Below, piece after piece: positions 29,501 through 43,600 of a stretch of DNA of 64,000 nucleotides. Both the position numbers and the translations under genes were made by a program. A model generated the notes under the pieces. The model was not told where the DNA came from. It did not search any database and worked only from the letters and a program-made list of their open reading frames with translations. The stretch lies in assembly GCF_009914755.1 (NCBI RefSeq), contig NC_060926.1, one strand, 5' to 3'. Source of the DNA: the human T2T-CHM13v2.0 reference genome, Homo sapiens. The first letter of the stretch is position 1. The number at the start of each line of letters is the position of its first letter.

Positions 29501-31791
29501 TATTGAATGATTATCTATTATTTAATTTAACATAACTTTAATATTTAAAATTACATGAAAAGTTTATTTACAAGTATTTACCTAATTTATTATTTTTAAC
29601 AGATTGCCTAGATTACTTATGAAAACTGACATATTGGACAAAGCTAGTCATCATTTAAATTTATTTCCAAGTTGACCATTTTTACAGCCTGTGAATATCA
29701 AGTGTTTACCTAAGTAAGAACTTTAAAATTAAATACATGAGTATTTTGATGATAGCTCAGAAAATTCGGTTGTTTTCATTAAACCAACAATATTAAATTA
29801 GTCTTACTTATAAAAAGAATACACACAGATCTTTCTGTTTTGGGCTGAGTTTGTAGTTTTATGACATTCTAAAACCTGCCACCTTAAAATATCTAGCAGA
29901 GGCAAATATAGAACTGTCTCTTCAGTAAATCCAGGCAAAAATGTATGCTGATGATTCTGAAGACAATTTTATTTTTATTTTATCCATAATTTTTAAACAA
30001 GCTTATTTATTAAGGATTTTCTTAAGTCACATGAACTGGAAAATATTTAAACTTACTAATTCATGAGTGCTCGTTTATTTATGCATCTACTTAGTACCAT
30101 ATGACACAACATACAGAATAATACACATACATATGCAAACACTTCTCAACATATATACACACATAGAAATAAAAATATTATAGTTTTCATTTCAGAAATT
30201 TAGTTATGAGATAGTAATATAAACTCACTAATTTAAACAAGACAATTAGACCTAAATTATTTCCAACAAAATTGGAACCTTTTTCCATGACTAAACTTTA
30301 TTTGACCCAATAGGTAATCTAATGGAGGCTGTGGACCAAAATTTTGGGTAAAGCATTTTCCATGAAAGTTTTTATTTTTAGAAACTTCTTTTACCTTTTT
30401 TTTCCTTCAATTCCAAGTGAGTTAAAGGATAATACTTCAATGATTACATTTTAGGGAGAACTTGCCAAGTTGTGTAAGATAAACAAAATCTCCAGTTACT
30501 AATACAGCCTTGAAGTAATAATGCCATAAACAATGAGTTTTATCTCAACACCAGTAGAATAGACAACAGATTCAAGTAGGCAGAAAAAATAATAGAGAAC
30601 TTAAAAGACTCTGCATGTTAACTCTATAGTTGCGAATTTTTTGAGTAATGATCATTTAAGCTCTGAACTTTCTTTTTCTTTTTTTTTCTTTTTTTTTTTT
30701 TTTTGAGACAGGGTCTGCCTCTGTCCCCCAGGCTGGAGAGTGGCACAATCTCAGTTCACTGCAACATCCACCTCTCAGGATCACACCATCCTCCCACATC
30801 AGTCTCTCAAATAGCTGGGATTACAGATGGACACCACCACTCCCAGCTAATTTTTGAAGTATTTGTAAAGATGAGGTTTTGCCATGTTGCCCAGGCTGGT
30901 CTCAAACTCCTGAGCTCAAGAGATCTGCCTTCCTTGGCCTCCCAAAGTGTTGAGATTGCAGGCATGAACCATGGAACCTGGACAAAAATTTCCCTTCCTA
31001 AGAAACAAAAGATCTCATGGAAGAACTTACCCTTTTGTCAAGGAGTGTAAATAACTAGCTGAATAAAACTCAGCATTGGCAACAAAGTATGAGATCTGAG
31101 ACTCAGGAGAGACCCACCTAGTCATCTGCAAATGTGGAGGAGATGCAGGGGCTTTAAGGGCCATGCTGGTACCAAGGCTCTGGGTCCCCACAATGTTCCA
31201 AATGGTCCTTATCTGTATACTATGGGTTTCTTCTGGGACACCATGATTGTTGACTAAAGAAAATAGAATTAAGCTGTTTAGAAAGTTAAAGTTAGTTTTA
31301 TTCAGAAGTCTTACTGAAGACTAAAGATTATGGAATGAGGACCTCACCTAGGAGCAATCCTTCAGAGAGGTTATCAGATGGCTCTGTAACAGTGTTTCAA
31401 CCCACTGCTTACATAGAGGTGGTGAGGGTTCAGTACTTCAGTACATGCAAAAATCACATCAAACTTGCTCAGAAGTTACATCAAAGCAGAATCACATCAG
31501 GGTTTCAATTCAAGTGTAGATCTGGTTTTAGATTACAGAGGCACAATCATTAACTTCATCAGATACTGTCTTATGTGTAGGAAAAGGCAAGAGCTAAGGT
31601 CATTCATATTTTAAGGAATATATTGACTCAGGTAAGAGATGTGGTGGGGGGCATGTGCCCTGTCCTGTTTTATTTTCAAAGCCTCTTTCTGAGGAGCTGC
31701 ACATCATCACAGAGTTAGGGACTTTGTGAAATTACTCTGGCGTGCAGAAATGAGTGAACACTGCTTCTTATGTTTGCTACTTTGTCTCACA
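26513..31791 (-). mobile_element. Non-autonomous ERV1 (MER4-group) provirus with two MER67A-like LTRs
   Basis: Homologous direct LTRs 26513-27046 and 31248-31791 (both TGTTG...TGTCTCACA); PPT agatcccccctttgatc next to the left (3') LTR; PBS-like TGG on the minus strand next to the right (5') LTR; AT-rich noncoding interior; flanks caag/tgag. Confidence 0.85.
30672..30983 (-). mobile_element. AluJ SINE inserted in the provirus interior
   Basis: gagacagggtct...tgcccaggctggtctcaaactcctgagctcaag. Confidence 0.88.
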
Positions 31792-32408
31792 TGAGAAATA
31801 GAAGATAATAACAAAGGAAGAAATGTAAGCAATCTACTACATTCCAGGCACCATGTATAATCCTTTATGATAGTTACTATTAGTATTATTCCACATCATG
31901 AAATTGAGGAAGAGCAGTTTTAAATAAATTGCTGATAAATTGGCAGAACCAAGATTCGCACCAGATACCCTGCTCTTAAATTTGTTTTCTTGACCACTAA
32001 TTCACAAACTTCAAATTTGAGTGGTTCATTCTAAAGCTGATGTCTAGTATCTTTAATAATAAAAAACCCTCTTTGCCCCAACTTACATATGCACAAATGA
32101 TATTTTCCTTAAAAACAATGCTTTAGACAATTGATTCTGTTATTTCATCTTACCAGCTGTACTTTCTCTGAAAAGTGAATTTACTGAGCACAAATACCCA
32201 GGGAGAAATGGCTAATTGTGCCACCACGTTTCCTAGCCAGCTGTTCCACACAGAGAGAAGTAGTTCATGTTTAAATATCCAGGCTGTAATGGGGGGTATT
32301 GCAGCAGAAGGCCTCTGCAAGCTGCCAGAACACATTTCTTGTTTAATGGCAATGGAGACAGGGGCTGGTGTGGTGTGATCTGTAAGTAACAGGACAGTGA
32401 GCTCTTTT

Positions 32409-32455
32409 AAATCATGCTAAGGGAGCTCTAGGCAAATCATACTAAGGGAGCTCTA
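32409..32455. repeat. 22-bp near-tandem duplication
   Basis: AAATCAT(G/A)CTAAGGGAGCTCTA at 32409 and 32434. Confidence 0.85.
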
Positions 32456-33871
32456 TAGTCAAGTGCACTGTGGCACTGAGGGTGCTGCTTACCTGTCTGC
32501 AGCTGCATCCTCAACACCTTCCTCTATAGTGTACTTGCTTTAAAGATACCTTTAAAATATTTCACAGTATATATATATATATATATATACTTATCAAAGG
32601 AAGTTTAAAAACAAGTACATGCAAAAAGAAGAAATAACAAATCACCTTTAACCCCATCACTAAGATAGATAGGCTAAGATTTCATTTTGTATCCAGTTCT
32701 CTAGTGACCTTGGTAAAGTCATAAAATGTATTGACCCTTGGTTTACTCATCTATAAAATATAAATAATAATATATATTTTGAAAGGCTATTATGAGGATT
32801 AAATAAGATAATGTAAAGCACATATCACAATGCTTAAAACAGGGATCATAATTAATAATGACTTTTATCTAACTACCAATAGATACTTAAATGCAAATGT
32901 AATCAAACTACACAGTTTTAGAATTATCTTCATTTAATAATATCGTGTAATATTTCCACATTGCTACATATTGGCAAACAAATTGTATTAGATTATGTAG
33001 TTTGTTTTCATCTTTCTCATTGTTGGACACTCAGGTTAATTTAAAATTTTGCTACTTCCCTTTTCCCCAAATGTTATGATCATTTGCTTACTGCTCAGTC
33101 CTTTGGGTCTCAATTATTGCCCTGTGTAAATTCCTGGACCTGAACGACTAGATTTAAGTGTATAAAAAAATCCTTTTAAAATCTTAGATATCCATTTCAA
33201 ACTGCCAGGATTGCTGCAGAACTTGGGAAAGGTCCATCCTGACAGCCTCTGGCCAAGACCCAAGAATGCAGGGGCAGTTGCTTGGAAGTTAGGACCCTCC
33301 AGAGTGGCGACATCCAGGTCCATGCCAGAGAGTTTGACGTGGTATTAATGAAGTCTGAAGCATAAAATCCAACCCTGGAATGGCATTTGACATTACCCCG
33401 TCCCCAGGCATGATGTTAAGTGTCAGGCTTCTGGACAATTACTGTTTGTAGGATATCTGTTATATGGTGTGCAAGCCTGGAAAATTACATTATTTTTTCT
33501 AAATCTAACAAATTATCTGTGAAGTAGACATTAGTATCCTTATTTTGCAGCCACGGAGCAGAGAGGTTAGATGACTTGTCAAAACTCACGCAGTAAAGAA
33601 TGACCACCTCACTTGCTCTCTTCTGACTTACTAAAAACAATACAAAAAGATTCACAGAGGGCCTGTATCTCTTGTCCTAGATCACACATACTGTTATCAA
33701 CAAGAAGGGCACCAATACCCTGGCAAACATATTGCCTGTTCCAGTCTTTTAGTTAGATTATTCAGAAAATATCAGAGAGAGAGAGAAAAGGAGATGGGCA
33801 TGCTATTAGTAGACCATGGTAAGAAACTGCACCTTTATTCTGTGGCCAATGGTAAGTGGCAGAAGGATTTA

Positions 33872-34018
33872 AAAGGCAGAGAAGGTAGAAGGGAGAAAGA
33901 TCAGACACTGGAGAAAAGATAGGATTTCCGAGGGGATAGTTTTAGGAAAAAAAATGGCTAAACACAGATTTTAGAAAGTTATTTACCTTGGAAAGCTCAT
34001 GAAAGATTCTGAAGTTAA
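33872..34018 (+). repeat. Copy 1 of a ~150-bp diverged direct repeat
   Basis: Shares exact blocks CAGACACTGGAGAAAAGATAGGATTT and CAGATTTTAGAAAGTTA with 34888-35036. Confidence 0.88.
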
Positions 34019-34887
34019 TGAATGGTTTCCAAAATGCTTTGTAAAACTCCACACAAATACAGTTGCATATTATTAGTAGTATTAGTCAGAAGCTAATATG
34101 TTAGGACAGATATTGATATCATAATGTCATCTAAAAATATAAGTGGTCTCTAAAATGAAATTGTTCCTGCCACAGACAGCTTATCCTCTTACAGGCTTTC
34201 ATTGTCAAATATTCATGTCAGTTTTGTAGACTGTTTATAGAGGGAGGAATTGGGAATGGTGATTTGGTTTTCTGTTTTGCTTTTGATTTTCTAGGAGAGG
34301 ATTCCTGGGACACTTACTCATAGTGGCTATCATGCTCCCTCCTGCCCGTCCTCAAGAAAGCATAGTAACCTCCCAGCTCTATGTGAATGTGTGCTGTGGT
34401 CTATGGGGGTGCAAGTGGATTGCAGTGTGCTGTATCTGTAATAGGTTCCATCTGTGCTCTTGAGTGTTCTGCTGATGAATTCTCACTACATCCATGGGTA
34501 ATATGCCCCGGGTTGTTTTAAGATTATTTAACTATCTTCGTGAGTGTCAGTATATAAATATGCTCTTGCCCAGAGAGGTCATAATCCCCACTGAACAGTG
34601 ATTAATTATACACATACCTCGTGTTTGTATTGCAGCTTCCCCCAGGGAGCTCAAAGCACTTTGCAAATATGAATTGCGAATAATAAATAATGCCTTTGAT
34701 TTCTAAGACACCTATCTCTAAGGTCTTAAGTTTATGCCTCTCTCAGCATTCTACTAGGAGCAAAGCCCTCACAACCCAAGGGCAAGAGTCAGCACCTCTC
34801 ATCTTCCCCTGTGAGAGGGGATCGTGAACTATTCACAGGCCTGATTTTACCAGAGTGGAACTGAGTATGTGAGGGACAGGAATGTAT

Positions 34888-35036
34888 AAAGGCAGGGAAA
34901 GTAGAAGGGAGAGAAACCAGACACTGGAGAAAAGATAGGATTTTCCAGAGTATGACTATCAAAAAAAAAAAAAGGTTAAATGCAGATTTTAGAAAGTTAC
35001 TTACCTCAAAACACTCAGGGAAAATTCCAAAGTTAA
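34888..35036 (+). repeat. Copy 2 of the ~150-bp diverged direct repeat
   Basis: Collinear with 33872-34018 at an offset of about 1016 bp. Confidence 0.88.
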
Positions 35037-38000
35037 AACAATACAGGGTAGGTGGGGCATGTGACACTAAGTGCCATTTAGAAGGAAAAATGTGGCTTTC
35101 TACTAAATCTTGACTATGAGAAATCCTCATTAATCAACAAAAAGATGAGGTAGGAGGGAAGGTTCAAAACATGGACTACAACTATAATTCTCAGTTAATT
35201 TGAAGCACCTTAGTGAGTAAATTCCAACATTGGCGAAAATAATTCATTTCTTTTGCTACCGAAGATAGTTATCCAGATAAAATGTATGTAGATCAGATGG
35301 CCCTATTTGTTTCACAGTTTACTCTATTTTTAGTCCCTCTTTTATCCAGGGAAAGGGGTGGGAGAGTTATTTGGGTCATTTTTTGCTTGAGCACAGAACT
35401 CAACAGCAATTAAATTATCATCGAGCAAAAGTGATATTTTAGGCACAGTTGTTTACAAAACAGTAAATAAATAAGAACCACTGGTTCCTTTCTATATAAA
35501 CACGCTTCTCCTAGGAATTCATCCATTTCAGAATTTCCCCTTCACTAGGCAGAAATTTGAACTTGAGATGAGGATTAGGCCTTTCAGAATTCTTTGGCTG
35601 CTGCCTACATAGCAAATTGTACACATTCAATTGATATCAATTGGTAATGAGACTAGCACTCCAGGCCACTGTTTTCAGTGTTCAAAACCACACTGACTTC
35701 CTTCTAATTTCCTGTTGTGCAAATGGAGCTCTTAAATGTGGTGCTGCATTAATAGAACTCTTTTCAGAATCATTTTAACAATGACAAAAATAATGACACA
35801 GAGGATCAAGCCTAAGCTGACTAGTGATGATGATGATAATGATGATTCATTACCTTGATTCTTTGTAGAATGTCTGCAAATGTAGCTTCAGAGGGATTAA
35901 AAAATAATAATCAAGATAATAATTGCAAGAATAGTTAACATTTAGGAATATTATGTGCCAGATACTCTTAAAGTGCTTAATTCAGCTTCAACCTTCACAA
36001 TTTAATGAAGTAGAAGTAGATACTATGATTATATACATTTTGCACATAGGGAGGTGAAACACTAGAAGACCATTAGATTTTTCCAGGCTTTCACAGGTGA
36101 TATCTAGAGGCCTTGAGATCTGATCCAGATTGCTTAGCTCTTAAACACGATTCTGGCCTGCCTCTCAAAAAACATGTTGATGGGCACACAGGCTTAAGAT
36201 TTGAACTGGGCCACTATGTCATGGAGCTCTACCAGGATTCTATCTTTGAAAGGGGTGTCTTATGAAAGAACATAGTTTTTATTATTATGCGTTTTGACTA
36301 GTCTTTCAGCTGGTGATCTGGGAAGAAGTAATCTGAAGGCAACATTCCTAACTTACTATAAAGCAATGTCTTATCTCATGCAGCTGGCTGCGAATCAAAT
36401 AGGGTCACAGTCTACACAAACCCCCTATTCATAACTCTTAGATCTCCATTTCCGCTCTTCACTTCTCTCCAAAATTCTGGTTCCACATTTGCTGCTGTTG
36501 GTTTGCCAACTGTAGCAAATAATATTTCACAAAAAAATAGTGGTTAAATTGATTCTTCCCCTGTTGTGAAACTTGCATTTTTTTTCTTCCTCTATTCTTA
36601 CTTAAAACACTTAGTAAATTCCTTATTTCCTTAATGAGATTAGTATTTATTAACTACCATCTGCCATATATCTTTCTTTGATAGGTACTGAAGATACAAA
36701 GATGAATCAAACAGAATCTCTGTCTTCCCAGAGCTCACATTTGATTAGAAGAGTCATACATTAATAAAATATCCATACTAGTAGAAATATAATTATGAAC
36801 TGTTTCATGTGACAAAATTTAGGGTACTACGGAAGCTCATATCAAAATGAGGGACAATGGGGATCAAAGAAGGCTCCCCTGGTGAGCTGACCTCTGAGAG
36901 TGGGCTGGGTTGGCTGAGATGGGTGGTGCTCCTTCCAGTAGAGTGTATGGTTTGTGCAGAGGTTCTCCTATGAGGGAAGATGGGGTAAGGAGGAACTGAA
37001 GGAAAGTCTGGCTGGTATAAAGGGGATAAAGTATAAAGAGAGTATATTTTATACAGAGTATAAAAGGGAATGACGTGAGAGGGGCTGTGAGCAGACTGGG
37101 TCCAGATCACTCTTGGACCTGGAATCCTAGGCTCATGGCTCTTCTCTTTGCCTTAACGCCTCAATGCACACAATCTGCCACCAAATCCTGTCAAAAATGA
37201 CACACTCTCTCTCTCTCTCTCTCTCTCCCTTTCCCCCTCTCTCTTTACTCTCCTATGGCCTCAGAGCTAGATTTCCCTTTTTAAATCCAATCTTGCCTGA
37301 ACTCTACCTCCAGCCCTCCAGCCTTTTAGATGATTTTCCACCTCCAATCCTTCTTTACCCTGGGGCATCCCTTCATTGAGAGCTGCAGTTTTTCCTTTTG
37401 ATTTTTCTAAAATACATTTTAGACTACTCTGTTCTTAAGAACATTTACTGATTCCTGAAACTTCTGCCTTATAAACCAAAACACAGTGGGACAGAGTGAA
37501 AAGCCCTTTAGCATCTGACCCAGCCCGGCTGTACGTGGTGCACTGAACTTCCCATCAGAAGTTCCCATCAACCCTTTTGTCTGAACTAGAATGTACTGTC
37601 AATTGTGAAGGGCTTCTTGGAGAGCTCCGGAGATCTTTGCTAAATGTGAGGGAACTCAAACTCAATTACATTTTATTTTTCTTTCAAGGAAAACACACTT
37701 GTCTCTTTTTCAACCTTGCCATAAGTGAACAAATACATGTGACAAGGTAAAAAAGTGACACAGTTTTCTTTCTATGCATAGGTTTTCTGAATCACATTTA
37801 TGGCTTCATTTAGCAGGTATTTAGGCAGCACTTAATACGTGTAAGGAAGTGAGGAGGGGGAATAATAAAGCTTGAGAGGATGTGAGTCTCTTTAGCATGA
37901 AGTATAGGACATCAGGAGGAGATTCCTGGAGAGATGACTGACAGGTTGAGATAAGTTTAGAACATAGGGCAGGTATTGGACTTTACTGTGTTGATAGCTA

Positions 38001-39233
38001 AGGATGTTTCTTCACTGTGAAGCAACACTATCAGGTATGGTGGAGGAAGACAACTTTGCTGCTGATATAGGGGATATTCTAGAGAAAGGATGGCCAGTGG
38101 GAAGGCTTGGGCATTACAGAATACAAGGGAGATCCTCTTGAATAAGCTGGCCCTCTCTCTCGCCATTGCATACTGCCTCAGAGCCTGGAATATTTTCTCT
38201 GGGTCATGACATTTGTTTTGTTTGTAGATGTGAGCTCCATGAAAGCAGAGGCATTGGCTATGTAGTCTCAGAATCCAGCAAACGAAAGGTGGACAGTATG
38301 CATTTAGTAAGACATGCTGGCTGGCTGCAACTAACAACCTTATCACATCACAGAACAGGTGGACTCAGAGGCAGAACATGGAGCCCTGCCCCCTCACAAT
38401 CCAGAAAAGCTTTCCACCTGATTGTCTTTATGCCGGTAAACAGGATTCTCTGCTTATGTCTTGACAACTTAACGTTGTGAAAACAGACCAAAGTTATTCA
38501 TGAGCTAGTTACACGATTTGTTAATGATTTTAGAAAATGGTTTAGGAAATCATCTCTAATTGACCATCATTTATACTTTCATTTATGAAAGTGCCTGGAG
38601 CCAGCACTAACTAGTCTGTCTTCCCTGCACTTAGCAGGCTGCATGGGGCTGACAGAAGCAAGGAAAACATGAGGACCAAGCAATGTGCAGACCATTCTGA
38701 CCAAGTTACATCATTGACATCTTTAAACTTTAAAAATTATCATTCTGAGCTCAACATACATTTTTTGAATGCATATTGAGTGGTGCACATGAGATGAGAT
38801 GCTGAGGATGTGTTGTGGAGTTGGTTATTAAATGCAGTGTGGCTCAGCTTCCTGTTATGTGATGCATTTGTGCTGTGGGTCAAGTTGCCACCTACCCCAC
38901 TCCCTGGAATGACATCATTGGAAAATGTATCTAAGCCACCATTCACAGTAGTGCTTCTTTTGAAATTACCCCCATAAATAACATTGGGAAAAAGCAAATG
39001 ATGGGTTGGTTAAAAAAAAGTCATAGCTCAAAAGAAGTAATGCCTCCCTTCAGGATCGGAGTTTGGTTTCACCTCTCAAATTGCTCAGCAAGTACTTTCT
39101 TCTACTTCTTCCAAGCTTACACGCCCACCTTCCACCCAACCATAGATATGCACTCCATCTTTTTTTTTTTTTAATCCCTTTGCTTTGGACATGCTCTTTC
39201 ATTTAGTAAGATCCTCTGTTTTCTTCTCCTTCT

Positions 39234-39307
39234 CATGGCTAATTTTTAGGGTCTTCAAGACCCTTCAAGACCCATGGCTAATAATTAAGGTCTTCAAGAC
39301 CCTAATT
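39234..39307. repeat. Hairpin-centred micro-duplication
   Basis: CATGGCTAAT...GGTCTTCAAGACCC twice, plus an extra TTCAAGACCC. Confidence 0.8.
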
Positions 39308-40674
39308 CCGGGTTTATCTTTCCTTCCAAGCCTTCTCTGATTTCCCAACTCTCCTGCCTGTGGATGTTCCCTCGCAGCATTCCTCTTCACAGTATTATAA
39401 TAGTCTGCTTATTGTTATGAGTAACTCATCACTAGATTTGAGTGTCATGGGAGAAAGTCTGTGTCTCCTTCTGTAGCCAGTGTCCACACCGTTGTCCCTG
39501 GTACATGACAGGTGTTGACTATCTGCCTGTTGTATGTGGATGGAAGGTTTGCTTCCCAGCTGAGCCCTGCACTGGGATCACAGAGATGTTAATAATGTGA
39601 GCATGAGCTCCTTGTTAGACAGAAGTGTCACTGTCAGTGGCATTTCAACCAACCAGGTAACAAACCACAAATCGTGACCCAATATTTCTGTAAAATTGCA
39701 TCTCTTTATACTGTCAGTATCTGTAGTTACCAAAACTTAAAAAAAAACCTTCAGAAACACAGAATGGCTGACATTAGTTCCAAATATTAAAAAGTTTTAA
39801 GTGTCATGCTCAAAAGCATCTATATTTAAAAGCAATTGGATCATAAAAAGTGAACATAAAATTTACACAGCTGCCTCATCCTGAATACTTTAAAGACTAA
39901 TTACTCTGTTGAGTCCTAATGACTATTGCCTTCAAGCCCTGTAAATTATATATAAATAAGAGAAGAGAGTTTGTAAATGTAAGTGACTCTAATTGGGTCT
40001 CAGAAGAAAGAAAAACAGATCTTTAGTAGCTCGATGAAATCTCTAAGCCCATAAAACATCGGTCAGTTTCTCCCATGGAGTTTTGTGGAGTGTACCTTTT
40101 ATACATGCAACAGAGACTGAATTCAAAGGGCAGGCCTGAACCAAGGAACCTGTTTGATTTTGCTTGTATATATGAACTGAAAAATATAAATTAAAGAAAC
40201 TCCTGATTTCATAATTCAATGTATTTTTATTTCCTTGAAAAAGGGCTGCCATTCAGTGAAGCATACAGTAAGGAAACCTGTCAGAACAGAGTCCCATGGA
40301 AGAGTAGCAGTTGGTCTGTATTCATTCCCAGTAATGGGACTCTTTTTCTATGCAAATGCATTTTGAGTTAAAGGTAAGACAGGTTGTAGAATATTTTGTG
40401 CAAACGTAAACAGAAGCACTGAAATAGAAGAAGATAATTGTTGCTTATTAAAGTGCTTAGAATAGAGCTGAATCAAGTAAACCAGAACCCATCACTGAAT
40501 AGTTTGGGGATTTGGTACCTGTTTACTACTTCCTTTGAGAGTTTTCAAGGTTGTTTTTGAATAAGAAATGAATCGAGCCCTAGAAAACCATCATAGTTGA
40601 GTGGATCTGAAAATGCTCAGTGCAGTGCAGTTACTGCCTCATGAGAAATTCTCAAAAAGCTGAGAATATTCTCT

Positions 40675-43600
40675 CTCTTTTTAATTTTTTTTTTAATTTC
40701 AGTAGGTTTTGGGGGAACAGGTGGTGTTTGGTTACATGAATAATTTCTTTAGTGGTGATTTCCGAGATTTTGGTGCACACATCACACAAGCATTGTACAT
40801 GGTACCCAATATGTAACATTTTATTCCTCACTATGCCCCCACCCTTTCCTGAGTCCCCAAAGTCCATTGTATCATTCTTATGCCTTTGCATCATCATAGC
40901 TTAGCTCCCACTTATAAGTGAGAACATACAATGTTTGGTTTTTCATTCCAGAGTTACTTCACTTATAATAATAGTTTCCAATTCCATCCAGGCATTTAGG
41001 TTGCTGTAAATATCATTAATTTGTTCCTTTTTATGGCTGAGTAGTATTCCTTATCCACTCGTTGATCGATGAGCATTTGGGCTGGTTCTGTATTTTTGCA
41101 ATTGCAAATTTTGCTACTATAAACATGCATGTGCAAGTATCTTTTTCATATAATGACTTTTTATGGCTGAGTAATATCCCTTATCCACTCGTTGATTGAT
41201 GAGCATTTGGGCTGGTTCCATATTTTTGCAATTGCAAATTTTGCTGCTATAAACATGCATGTGCAAGTATCTTTTTCATATAATGAATTCTTTTCCTCTG
41301 TGTAGATACTGGGATTGCTGAATCTAACCGTAGATCTACTTTTAGTTCTTTAAGGAATCTCTACATTGTTTTTCATAGCGGTTGCACTGGTTTACATTCC
41401 TACCAACAGTGTAGGAGTGTTCCCTGTTCACTGCATCCATGCTAACAGCTATAATTTTTTGATGTTTTGATTATGGCTATTGCAGGAGTGAGGTGATATC
41501 TCATTGTGGTTTTGATTTACATTTCCCTGATAATTAGTTATGTTGAGTAGTTTTCTATATGCTTTTTGTCTATTTGTATATTTTCTTTTGAGAATTGCCT
41601 AATCATGTCCTTAGCCCACTTTTTGATGAGATTGTCTGTTCTTTCATTGCTAATTTGTTTGAGTTCCTTGTAGATTCTGGATATTAGTCCTTTTTCAGAT
41701 GTATAGATTGTGAATATTTTCTCCCACTCTGGGTTTTCTGTTAACTCTGCTGATTATTTCTTTTGCTGTGCAGAAGCTTTTTAGTTTAATTAAGTCCTGT
41801 TTGCATATTTATATTTGCTTTTCTTGCATTTGCTTTGGGGTTCTTGGTCATGAAGTCTTTGTCTAAGCTAATGTCTAGAAGAGTTTTTTTCAATGTTATC
41901 TTCTAGAATCTTTATGGCTTTAGGTCTTAGATTTAAGTCTTTGATCCATCTTGAGTTAATTTTTGTATAAGATGAGAGATGGAGGATCCAGTTTCATTCT
42001 TTTACATGGGGCTTGACAATTATCCCAATACAATTTGTTGAATAGGGTGTCCTTTCCCCACTTTATGTTTTTGTTTGCTTTGTTGAAGATCAGTTGGCCG
42101 TAAATATTTGGCTTTATTTCCAGGTTCTCTATTCTGTTCCATTAGTCTATGTGCCTATTTCTGTACTAGTACAAAGCTGTTTTGGTGACTATGGCCTAAT
42201 AGTATAATTTTAAGTCAGGTAATGCGATGCCTCCATATTTGTTCTTTTTGCTTAGTCTTGCTTTGCCTATGTGGGCTATTTTTTGGTTCCATCTGAATTT
42301 TAGGATTGTTTTTTATAATGATGGTGGTGTTTTGATGGGAATTGTATTGAATTTGTACATTGTTTTTGGCACTATGGTCATTTTCACAATATTGATTCTA
42401 CCCATCCATGAGCATGGGATGTGTTTCCATTTGTTTCTGTTGTCTATGACTTCTTTCAGCAGTGTTTTGTAGTTTTCCTTGTAGTGGTTTTTAAAATTTT
42501 TTTTTCCACCAATGTGAAATGGGTTGAGATTTTGATTTGATTTTCAGCTTCTGTTGGTCTACAGCAGAGTAGCAGAGCTACTGATTTGTGTACATTAATT
42601 TTGTATCCTGAAACTTTGCTGAATTTATTTACCAATTATGGGAGCTTTTTGGATGAGTCTTTAGAGTTTTCTAGGTATACAACCATATCATCAGCAAATA
42701 GTGACAGTGACAGTTTGATTTCCTCTTACCAATTTGGATGCCCTTTATTTCTTTCTCTTGTCTGATTGCTGTGGCTAGGACTTCCATTACTATGTTAAAT
42801 AGAAGTGGTAAAAGTGGGCATCCTTGTCTTGTTCCAGTTCTCAGGGGGAATACTTTCAATTTTTCCTCATTCATTATAATATTGGCTGTGGCTTTGTCAT
42901 AGATGGCTTTTATTATGTAAAGGTATGTCTCCTTTATGCCCATTTTGCTGAGGGTTTTAATCATAAAGTGATACTGGCTTTTTTCTAATACTTTTTTTCT
43001 GCATCTATTGAGATCATCATGTGATTTTTGTTTTTAATTTTGTTTAGGTGTTGTATCACATTTATTGACTTATGTCTGTTAAACCATCCCTGCATTCCTG
43101 GTATGAAATCTACTTGATCATGGTGGATTATCTTTTTGATATGTTGTTGAATTTGGTTGGCTGGTATTTTGTTAAAAATTTTTGCATCTATGTTCATTGG
43201 GGATATTGGTCTGTAGTATTTTTTTTTTTTTTTTGCTATTTCCTTCCCTGGTTTTTGTATTAGGGTGATAATGGCTTCATAGAGTGATTTAGGAAGGATG
43301 CCTTCTTTCTCTATCTTTTGGAATAGTGTCTATAGGATTGGTACCAATTCTTCTTTGAATTAATGATAGAATTAAACTGTGAATCCACCTGGTCCTGGCC
43401 TTTTATTTTGGTGGCTATCTTTGTATTACCATTTCAATCTCACTGCTTGTTATTGGTCTGTTCAGAGATTTTATACCTTTCTCATTTAATCTAGGACGGT
43501 TGTGTATTTCCAGGAATGTATCCATCTCCTCTAGGTTCTCTAGTTTATGTGCATAAAGGTGTTCATAATAACCTTTAATAATCTTTTGTATTTTTGTGTT

